Origin: an uncultured virus (IMG/VR IMGVR_UViG_3300027973_000047)
Taxonomy: Duplodnaviria; Heunggongvirae; Uroviricota; Caudoviricetes
IMG/VR virus record: IMGVR_UViG_3300027973_000047
Strand: one strand, 5' to 3'
DNA: 64,000 bases
Position 1 is the first letter of the stretch. Each line of letters begins with the position of its first letter. A program made the position numbers and the translations under genes. The notes beneath the pieces were generated by a model. It searched no databases and was not told the origin of the DNA. It saw only the letters and a list, made by a program, of their open reading frames with translations. Shown piece after piece: positions 37,958 to 47,900 of the stretch.

Positions 37958-40183
37958 TTAATATTCACTTGTTGTTGAATTATTATCGGATAATTCATTT
38001 GCTGATATATCAGAATAATTTTCGGAATTCTTAAACTTTAATTTAAAATAATCAATAGTTGGAGAAGACAGCGGATTTCTACTTCTGGATATGTCGGCTC
38101 TAAATCTTAGAGCAGTTACTGGGTTTGGGTTGTTCGAATAATAAAATAATCTTGAATTACTGTTAATATTATCTCTGCACAAGATTTCTTTATTGCCGAA
38201 AAAATTTTCGACAGTAAACACCTTGTCGTATGTTGATCTGTTGACCTTAAACTCAATTGGGTCTACATAGCCGTAGTATTGACTATAAACTAAACCATAA
38301 TCTAATAATGATTTAGAATCCATTAAACTGATTGAACCGTTTGCACTATCCTTTATATCTATAGCTACCTTAATTGTGTTGATTCCCGCTTTGAAGTTCC
38401 ATTCAATCAACTCTGAAGTTACCCCAGAAGGAACACTTGATGGCCTTCCATTTAGGTAGACTGCAACATCCCAGCTCTTCGAAACGCTATCATTTTTAAC
38501 CAACAAGTGTCTAATGGTGATATCATTAGCGCAGAATATTTTAGTTTCCAATAAAACGCTAATTGATTTTAAGTTTGGACCAGAAAAAAATATAGAATTA
38601 TTAGATATTTCATAAGATGGTATAGAGAATATTTGTCTAACACTTGATTTTCCAGATAAAATATTTCCCCAAGTAGCTAAAGAATCGTTTTCATTATAAA
38701 TACTATTTTGATAATTTATATAATTACCAGAAACTGAATTTATACCATCTAGTAGATAAGAACTAACCGGGTTATCCAATTGATCAAGCTTTGCTATTCT
38801 ATATATTGTTTGATTTGGATATAAATCAACTGTTGGATTTTGCTCATTTAAGTTCTTAGAAGTATTTTTTGAAACTAATGGTATTTTATTTAAAGAGTTT
38901 GTAGAGTTTTCTACACCATCTAATATCTTTTTTGATTTTAAAGAAGAGCCAGAAAAATTAACTGTTGTAGAAAAAGAGTTTTGAGTACTTTGTTCTGAAG
39001 AAATTGGAATCCAAGAAAAATCAGATATTGATTGAGCGGACGCGTTATCTTCTGCTACAAAATAATTAACTGAACCATCCTGTGAATTTTCTCCAACATC
39101 TATCGATACAGCGTCGATCACCAAGTTGCTATTGTCATTTGAATTTAATGATATCGGAGCAGATACAAACGATGCAGATTTATCATAGTATTGTCCACTT
39201 ATAGCTATGTCTCTAATGCCATATCTATATCCATATCTGCTAGCTCTGTTGTCTTCTATGACGTCTGGTTCTGTTTTAACAAAGAATATATCTATTGAAC
39301 CAACGTTACCTGGATCAAAGCTAAAAGAAAATCTATCATAATCTTTAGTAGATTTTTTATTCAACACCTCAGACACCTTGTTGGGGTCGGTGTAGTTTAC
39401 CTTCACGTAGATATCAGTTGGGGAAATAGTATTTAATCTTCCCTCTATCTTTGATAAGATAACATTTTTAGCTATAGGTAAGTTGATTGAAAAGCTAACT
39501 AAGCCTATAGTGTCAAAATAAAATACGTTTTGCCATTCAGTATTTTCTAAACCATCAAAAACAGATCCAAAAAAAGAATCGTCAGAAAACTTCTTATTTA
39601 AATCTATTTGCGTTTTATTAAAACTCAGAGAATATGTTGGTGCGCTTGCCACAACTGAACTAGTGGAAAGTAAATCAAAAACCGAAGACTTTAATGTTGG
39701 TAATGAAACTTTACCGTTAACTGTGTCGACAAAAGCTGAAGTATAATTTAGATCAGATCCACTTGTTGAGGCAAAGTTGTCTGAGTATGCTGCATAGTAT
39801 CCTTCTGAATTTTGATTAGCAAAAATTAAGTCATCCACTTTATTTTCTAACATCATTCTTTTAGACTTTAAGTTATTTAATCTTTTATTTAATGCTGTTG
39901 CTACAGTCATTAAATCATCAGAATTTTCAAATATAGAATCATACAAAACTTCTATATTAAAAAGAGTATGTAGCATCTTTTGATTAAAAATTTCAACTTG
40001 ACCAAATGCCATCTGTCTAAATATTTGAGCATTTATATCTAATGGTTGCCCTGGCTCATACTTAGAAAAGTACTTAGAAAAGAACTCTAATATTTCCTGC
40101 TCGTTAGGCTTGTTTCCACCAGCATAAAGGCTCTTGTATAAAGTGCTTAAGAATTTTTCCTTTTGTATATTGCTTATCGTCAT
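37958..40183 (-). CDS. Putative baseplate/tail structural protein
   Basis: 741 aa, beta-rich; resembles the adjacent large proteins. Confidence 0.6.
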   Translation of the reverse strand: MTISNIQKEKFLSTLYKSLYAGGNKPNEQEILEFFSKYFSKYEPGQPLDINAQIFRQMAFGQVEIFNQKMLHTLFNIEVLYDSIFENSDDLMTVATALNKRLNNLKSKRMMLENKVDDLIFANQNSEGYYAAYSDNFASTSGSDLNYTSAFVDTVNGKVSLPTLKSSVFDLLSTSSVVASAPTYSLSFNKTQIDLNKKFSDDSFFGSVFDGLENTEWQNVFYFDTIGLVSFSINLPIAKNVILSKIEGRLNTISPTDIYVKVNYTDPNKVSEVLNKKSTKDYDRFSFSFDPGNVGSIDIFFVKTEPDVIEDNRASRYGYRYGIRDIAISGQYYDKSASFVSAPISLNSNDNSNLVIDAVSIDVGENSQDGSVNYFVAEDNASAQSISDFSWIPISSEQSTQNSFSTTVNFSGSSLKSKKILDGVENSTNSLNKIPLVSKNTSKNLNEQNPTVDLYPNQTIYRIAKLDQLDNPVSSYLLDGINSVSGNYINYQNSIYNENDSLATWGNILSGKSSVRQIFSIPSYEISNNSIFFSGPNLKSISVLLETKIFCANDITIRHLLVKNDSVSKSWDVAVYLNGRPSSVPSGVTSELIEWNFKAGINTIKVAIDIKDSANGSISLMDSKSLLDYGLVYSQYYGYVDPIEFKVNRSTYDKVFTVENFFGNKEILCRDNINSNSRLFYYSNNPNPVTALRFRADISRSRNPLSSPTIDYFKLKFKNSENYSDISANELSDNNSTTSEY

Positions 40184-42337
40184 AATTGCTCAACTCTTCC
40201 GGCTATTTGATATGAGTAAATAACAGGTGTAGTGTTTTCATATCTTGGTTTTTCTATATCAATTTTTATTCTGATTGACTTTGTATCAGATGGTATGTCT
40301 GGAGAGTTGAAATATGAAACTCCCTTTACTTGACCAAAGCTTTCTATATTTTCATTAAATGATAATATTTCAGGAATGCCATTGAACGGATCTTCTATCG
40401 GAGAAATTTGTATCCACTTTTTCCCGTCATCTATTGATATGTAATATTTAATGTAACTTATATTTGAGTTGCCACCCTGAAGGCTGAATACCGTATCAGA
40501 AGATACGGTTAAATTTTTTACATTGTAACCAAATACAAATGGCTTAGATATTAACTGAGCTTTTTGTGCATATACGCTATAGTTAACGTCTATAGATCTA
40601 AGTCCTATCGTAAATCTTTTAGCTGGATAAATTTCAAAATTTCTTTGAAGCAGGATGGAAGACGTTGAATATTTAGGTGATAGATCTGACTTAATTGTTT
40701 CTACTGCTAAATCTTGAAAGTTAGAACCAGACCATTCTGCGTTTGATATTTTTGCCTGTATATATGTTTTTGCCGTTTCAGCAGCAATCAAGCTTTCGTA
40801 TTGAAAAGCTAAAGTAATATCAGACACAGCTGCTAATTCTTGCTGCTTAGCCAAAGTCTGATAGGCTATTGCTGGGTTTACGTAATAGTATTTTTGCAAA
40901 GATGGAGCTGCAGAAGAATTTAATCTCTTAAAAGTTACAACATGCCTCTCTATTTTTATGGCTTCTTTGTATGTGATATTAATCTTCTTTGTTGCAAGAC
41001 TAGATTGATCTTTTGAAACATTGGGGCGCAAAATGCTTGGAACTAAATCTAAATAATTAAATTGAACATCTTGAAAACCAATAGCACTAAGTCCAGCTGG
41101 ATCAAATCTACTATTAGTATTTAGTGGAGCAAGAGATCCGGTATTTGAAAACGGTTTCCAATACATGTGCTGCATTGTTATATCAGAGTAGTCTGATTGC
41201 TCTAACTTAACAGTTATTTCTGATGTAACTATTTCATTAAAGTAAACTACTGCTTTATTATAGTAGTAATTTTTTTTAGATTCAATATTTTGAGGAATGA
41301 AATTAGAACCTATATAAAGCGGAGAATCTAAAAGCTCAACAGTTTGATTTGTTATTTTAGAAATTGCAGTTATAGAAGAAACTTTTAATTCAGAATATGG
41401 AGCTCCGACTTTGTCCAAAATAAGGAACTATAGATATAGAATTTGTTTTTTTTGAAGAATCTGTTCTTATTTTTAAGGTTAGCTTAAGTGGTTCTTTGAG
41501 AATTTTTTCTGACCAATTTTTATAAACAGTATCTGTTTTTCCATCTGTTGAGATTTTAGAAGAATATGTAAACTCAAAATCTTTTGCTCCGTTTTTATTT
41601 TTTAGTATTGGGTCTATGTATATTCCCTCATACTCAAAATATGTTAAAGGGTTAGAATCAGTTACGTTCTGCAAGAGTCCCACAGAGTTATTGTCCTGGA
41701 ACATGTAACGATAGTTTGAATCTATATTCTCTTTCGCATACACCATATGATTATTCCCAATGAATCCATTAGACTCTTTTTCATCAATTGAAATTGATCT
41801 AACGCTCCAAGCATTTGTGTCGATAACTGGAAGCGATGCGTTTCCGTTTCTAATCGATGCAATGAGGTTTTTGGGTGTTTTTTCTACATCTATAAAATCC
41901 ATATTCTCAAATGAGTCACCAAAGTAATACAGATCTTCACTAGGTGCTTCTGAGTAAGCCTGAAGTATTCTTACTTTTGACTTAATTCTATTAGCAAATT
42001 GGTTTTCTTTTTCTATTTCAGAGTTAAATAAATTATACAAAGATACCAACTGCGCACTCTGATAATCAAGTTGCTTAGCTATTATGTTTAAATCATCTGC
42101 AACCCCAGAAATAAATGCATTGAACTTTTTAGAAGATGGTGGCTCACCTTTTATTACTTGATTATATTTTGCTATTGGATCAGTCGAGTATTTATTTATC
42201 TCAGTTATGAGTATGTGAAATTCTTCTGACATATCTTCATATGAGCTAACTGTATTTTGGGAATACTTCCTTAGAAAGGATTGTACCTTCTTAATAAGCT
42301 GATCGTAGAATACTGTATTTGTAGATAGTTGAGCCAT
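40180..42337 (-). CDS. Putative baseplate/tail structural protein; needs a +1 shift at CGGA; 718 aa
   Basis: ISIVPYFGQS-[c]GGA-APYSELKV joins ORFs 41390..42337 and 40180..41418. Confidence 0.75.
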
Positions 42338-42339
42338 TT

Positions 42340-44973
42340 TTATCCCAATCTTAAAAGATTATTTGCCATATGATCAGAGTTTTTTGTTTTAAACTTAAGT
42401 ATAACATTGTCTACTGAACCAGATGAAAAATAGTTATTAAAATTATTTCTTATAATTAATCTGAATCTTACTTGACTATTTAAATATTCATATATAACGT
42501 TAAAAGGTTGAGTAATAGCTTTATTGAAGATGATATTCTTTCCATTATGGAAGAATAGAACTTCCTGAGTATCATAAAATTCACCCTTTTCAAAACTACC
42601 TAATTTATAGTTAGTAAGATTAGTAGCATATGAACCATCAGAAAACTTTACAAGCACTGGAGTATAACCGGTGTACTCTATCGTGTTAATAGTACCACCT
42701 CTTTGACTGTAAGAAGCCTTTTTTAGCTTATCATAGTTTATATATGGTTGATTAACTAATTTGATACCATTATTTGATGCAGTTCTTTCAAAGAACTCAC
42801 CATTTTTATCATTAGAATAAGCCGATAAGGTTTGATTGCCAGCCAAAAGCGTAGATATATCTATGTAATTTTGAGTAAAGTTAACGTTGTCTGCTGTATA
42901 ACTAGCAACGTAATTATTCTTTGGATCAAAAGAATTTATATAAATTGATCTATTAAACTTGTTTACAGTATATTGACTTTCTGGAATTAATTTTTGATTT
43001 GAGTATATTTTTATAGATGTATCAATTGGAAAAAATCTAAAAAATGCTGTTTTACTTATTGAATCAAAAAATAAAAATTCAGAGTTAATGTCATTGTTAT
43101 CATAAGAGATGATTGGTATCCAGTCATTTTCTGAAGTTGGATTTTCTTTTATTGAAATTGATAATTCATATGAGTTTGCTTCCTTAAGATCAAAATCTGG
43201 AAGCGCCTTACTCTCATCAACTTTTTCTAGATTCAACTTAGCCTTAACAGCTAGGGGATTCCCGTCTATTGGAATTTTAGAACTGATAAAGCATGCTTTA
43301 TTAGTGGAGGGTGAGTTTGTTGCATTTGAGATCTGCCTTGTCTTACCAAATTGCACTCCCTTTAATGAAAAAGAATACATATAATTTTCTACATTTTGAT
43401 TTTTGTTTCTTAACATATTCGTAGAATAAATATTTGATCCTGACATAATGGCATCGTCTGAAAAGCTTACTAGATTTTTATCTAATGAGTTTGAATTCTT
43501 ACTTAGAATACTTGGAGAATTTCCTACCTTACCAAGAAGTCCACCCCTATTATTTAATCTGCTATCTACAAATAATGAATCATCAAACAACTTAAATCTA
43601 TCACCTAGTGTTTGTGACACTATATTTTTTACCATAACAGAAAGATGGTTACTAGACGACAGGCGATTTTCCTGGTCTAAAGATATTGAATTATTTTTTT
43701 CATTTAAAAATGGTTGGGATCCAACTTTGCCAATTGGATATTTATATGTATAGTAATCAGTGTATGCATATGAATTTCTTTTTGCTTCATCTATTGAATT
43801 AAATTTTCTAAAATATTCTAGGACTATGTCTTGAAGTTTACTGTGATTATTCTTCTTACTTTTCCTTATACCATTTAGTAATTCATGAATTAGCCTTGAA
43901 GATACTTCATCTGAAGTTGGTGAAATAGTATTTTTCTTATACGTGCTTTGATTAAATATAAGCGTTATACTCTTTACTTTATCTAAAGGAAAGCTAATGT
44001 CTAATACAGAGTTTATCTTTACTGGAGATAAAAGAATTTTCTTTTTTTGATAACCAGAGCTAGGAACATTAGAATTGCTTGAATAGATTCTTTCTGCTAT
44101 ATTTGCTGATTCTACAACTACTTGCATTAGCTGCAGTCCATCATATTCATTAGGATTTATTCTAATTAAATCTATTTCAATTTCTTTTATAAAGTTAATT
44201 GTCATTACAGTTTTAGCACCAACTATATAAGAGTAGTCATAGTCTATGTTTTGAGAAAATGATGGTGGGATAGAAGTTAATACTGTTGGTGATTGAACTG
44301 AGATATTCCATACGTTCGACTGTTTCTCGTTAAATAAAGATTCATAATCAGTTATGGAAGAGATATATTGATTATAGTTAGTTTCGTAGTCTACTGATTT
44401 TACAAAACCTATAGCATTGATAAAATCAATGCCGTTGCCAATTTTAAACTTTGAAACAATTGGATCAACAAAACCGTTTCCACTTTCATCAAAAGCAACT
44501 CCGCCTCTATCGACAAAGGGAACTGGAGAAGTGTCATATGTATTTGATTTTAGAAAATCATTAAAATTTTCTATATAAGAGTCATTATAAAGATCATCTT
44601 TTCCTGAAATAAAATCATAGTTATCTATATAATTTTCTAAAAGAGAAATATTTTTTTCTATTTTTGCTACTTGAGATGACATGACTTCTATCATCGAGTT
44701 TAAAGATACGCTAATTGAATTAGATGCCGAAAAGTATCTATCAAATCTTATTTGTACATCTCTAAAAATATCAACAAAGAATTCAGATTCTATAATAGCC
44801 CTAGACCTCATTAAGGCTGGGGCAAAGTCTGCTCCAACAGAAAAATTAGAAAGACTTTTAACTAATTCTGCTACCTGTGCTTTATCGGCTTTAATGCTTT
44901 TAATTAAATAGCCAACACTTTGCTGGGAATTGTCAGAAAATGTTTTAATTATACTAGGAAGAAAGTTAATCAT
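42340..44973 (-). CDS. Putative baseplate/tail structural protein
   Basis: About 877 aa; ATGA-coupled to the upstream gene. Confidence 0.6.
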   Translation of the reverse strand: MINFLPSIIKTFSDNSQQSVGYLIKSIKADKAQVAELVKSLSNFSVGADFAPALMRSRAIIESEFFVDIFRDVQIRFDRYFSASNSISVSLNSMIEVMSSQVAKIEKNISLLENYIDNYDFISGKDDLYNDSYIENFNDFLKSNTYDTSPVPFVDRGGVAFDESGNGFVDPIVSKFKIGNGIDFINAIGFVKSVDYETNYNQYISSITDYESLFNEKQSNVWNISVQSPTVLTSIPPSFSQNIDYDYSYIVGAKTVMTINFIKEIEIDLIRINPNEYDGLQLMQVVVESANIAERIYSSNSNVPSSGYQKKKILLSPVKINSVLDISFPLDKVKSITLIFNQSTYKKNTISPTSDEVSSRLIHELLNGIRKSKKNNHSKLQDIVLEYFRKFNSIDEAKRNSYAYTDYYTYKYPIGKVGSQPFLNEKNNSISLDQENRLSSSNHLSVMVKNIVSQTLGDRFKLFDDSLFVDSRLNNRGGLLGKVGNSPSILSKNSNSLDKNLVSFSDDAIMSGSNIYSTNMLRNKNQNVENYMYSFSLKGVQFGKTRQISNATNSPSTNKACFISSKIPIDGNPLAVKAKLNLEKVDESKALPDFDLKEANSYELSISIKENPTSENDWIPIISYDNNDINSEFLFFDSISKTAFFRFFPIDTSIKIYSNQKLIPESQYTVNKFNRSIYINSFDPKNNYVASYTADNVNFTQNYIDISTLLAGNQTLSAYSNDKNGEFFERTASNNGIKLVNQPYINYDKLKKASYSQRGGTINTIEYTGYTPVLVKFSDGSYATNLTNYKLGSFEKGEFYDTQEVLFFHNGKNIIFNKAITQPFNVIYEYLNSQVRFRLIIRNNFNNYFSSGSVDNVILKFKTKNSDHMANNLLRLG

Positions 44974-47900
44974 GATAATACACCCCAATCATTTCCTTCC
45001 ATATCTTGAATCTTATATGCTACACCGGCGGTTATGTTCTTACTTATTATACTATACAACTCTGCTTCACTAGTAAAATTATTTAATACTTCTTTTGGCA
45101 GTTTTATTATAATGAATCCGCCCTTTGAATATGCCTGTTGATCTGGTGGATAAACATCCCAGAATGAAGATGCTTCTTTGACTTCTTTAAAGACCTTGTT
45201 TATATCGAGTGATCCATAAGATTGTACATCTATAGTCTTACCCATAGTAGCCTTTAATCCTCCGCCTTTTAATCTTAAATCTTCAATAGCTAAATCTTTA
45301 ACATCTACAGAATTCAATACGTGAACCAGCCCTATTTGAAGAGAAAATGGATCGTAGTTAACGCTATTATATGGATCAAAAATAGAAGTATTATAAGTAA
45401 AATCTATTGGAGAATCATATGAATAGTCGCTAACATAATCCCAAACATAGCCATCTTGACTAGAGCTTCTAACTTCTATTCTTATAGGTTTAATATAAAT
45501 ATGTAGAGGCTTTTCTGTTTCTACTGTGTTTTTATTGAGGAATGGATTCAATGGAATAACTCTGCCGTTAATTTGTTTGAGCGGAATACCATTTGATTTA
45601 GCGGTGTAGTTCACTCTTATTAGATCTGGATCACTCGTTATCGGTGTGATGAAATCTACTATTCCAGTCTGGGAATTAATATTTCTTATAAGATTTGAAT
45701 CTACTGCTGTCCATGGTGAGTCAACTGATTCTCTTGTTTCAAAATCAACCCAGTTAACAACTGACCCACATTCCATTTGCGAAGGTTCCATAAAAGTTGC
45801 TATAGGAACTTGCATTAATTGATATCTCTTAGATGATAAAACTATTGGTGTTTCATTAATTATAGTAATATATGGTTTACCAGCAATCTGAGACCAGATT
45901 ACATTACCCATATTTAAAGTTGAATATGTAGCTCTTAATACTTTCCCAGTGTACTTTTCAGCCCAAGAAGTCCAACCATAAGCTGGGTTTATGTATATAT
46001 CTTTTGTGAAAGATCCAGATGTTATATACAACGGCCATTGTTGAAACTTTGAAAGATTTGGTGGGATCGATGATATTCCTATTCTTGATGATGGAACATA
46101 TTCAACATTGTATATAGGGCATGCCATCTTTACTGGTATGGAAGAAGGTATTATTTTGCCAGAAGTCTTTGGTCCAAAGAAGTCTAATCCATTTCCAAGA
46201 TTTCCATCTGCATCTACTGCAAGTGCAGCAATGTATACATTTTCTGGACCTCTTGAAATGTAGTCTACATAATAAAGATTCATACCTAAAAATTCTTTTT
46301 TCTTATTATCATAGAAACCATAAAGAAAACCACCATCATCTCTAGCATTATTTGTTAATATAAAAGATCCATAATCTGTATTAAATTCTTTATCAGTAGA
46401 AAGAGTATTTACAAAAGATTGAAGATCTATGCCGTATGGTTTACCAACTTTATCTTTATCTAAACTTGGTTGAGTTAAAAGTACGAGGCCATCTAAGACA
46501 GAGATTGCTTTTTTTGCAGATTTTATTATAGAACCATCTGTTTTCATTAACCAATAATTATCCAAAAGCTTCTCAGCGCTTTTGATTACGTTTGAATTTT
46601 CATATATAAGAGATGAAGTTTCAAAAACTAATCTATTCGAAGAAATACTTAAATTTAAATCTGAACTATTTACTGGGTTTCCAGTCGCTGAAACAACATT
46701 AGCTACAGCAAAAGTATTTGAGTTTATTGAAACTGTTTTTGTCTGCGTTAAGTTTATTGATATAGATTCATCTTTGTACTGAGGCTCTAAATTAGAATCA
46801 GAGTAAGGTGTAAATGGCGGACTATATGAAGTGCTACTAAAATTAATTGTAGTATTCGATAAGTTTAAAGTTTTTTCTCCAGACCATGTAGGATATGTTA
46901 TAGATACTGGAGTTGTTGCATACTTGGTGGACTTAACACCATTTAGATCTATAATCTCAGCTTTGTTTGGAGATATACCAGTAACTGATCCAGCTATATT
47001 AAACTTTATTTCTACTGGAGCTGTAGTCGTATCTAATCTATAACCACTTTCGACTATTGTTTGAGCATTAAAAGTATCTAGTGTGTAACCAATTTCAAAT
47101 TCTACTTTAGCTAAAGAATAACCTTCAGTAAAGGTTCCATATTTCCCCCCTAATGAACCACCATTAAACTGGAAAGCAAAGAACATACACTCTGCCATAG
47201 GCTTATTAACTTCAATTGTAAACTTTTCAGTTGTATACTCTGCAGCGCCTTTAATTATATTTTTGCCAGCCATGTCTATCCCAGAATAGACTACTGCCTG
47301 CTTGAGAGCTATTCCCTTATAGTCTGGTGCACCAGCAAATGTTCCAGGATATATAGTCACAGATTTGAGAACTTGACCCTTTAGATCTTGTTGCGTTATT
47401 CCATCAATTGAAATTTGGTCAAATGGAACTGCAAAAAATATTGAATCTACTAATTTTTTAGGACCAGATTGACCAGTATATGTTATTTTTCTATAATTCC
47501 AATCTCTATTAGGAAGATCATGTAACTCTATCGCATCTGCGGCTGCTACAACATACTTAACAACTGTTGGATTATTTACTTGTAACCTAGCTATTATTGC
47601 ACTATATCGGGTTGGATCAGAATTCTTTATAGATTTCCAAATATGAATTGCGATTAATGACTTAGTTTCGCTATCAACCGTTCCATTTTCATATCTTGCA
47701 TTGACTGATGCCTGAAAAGCCAAAACTGCATTTCGTGTGTTTGCTTTAAACTGTCCACTTAATTCTGGAAGTTTTCCAGCAACCAATATCCCGGCTTCCC
47801 TCATACTTATCTGTATATATTTAATATAATCTGGAAGCATATTGGGTTTATTTTCTCCATATGCTCCGATGATATTACCTTGTTGTATGTCCCCTGTATA

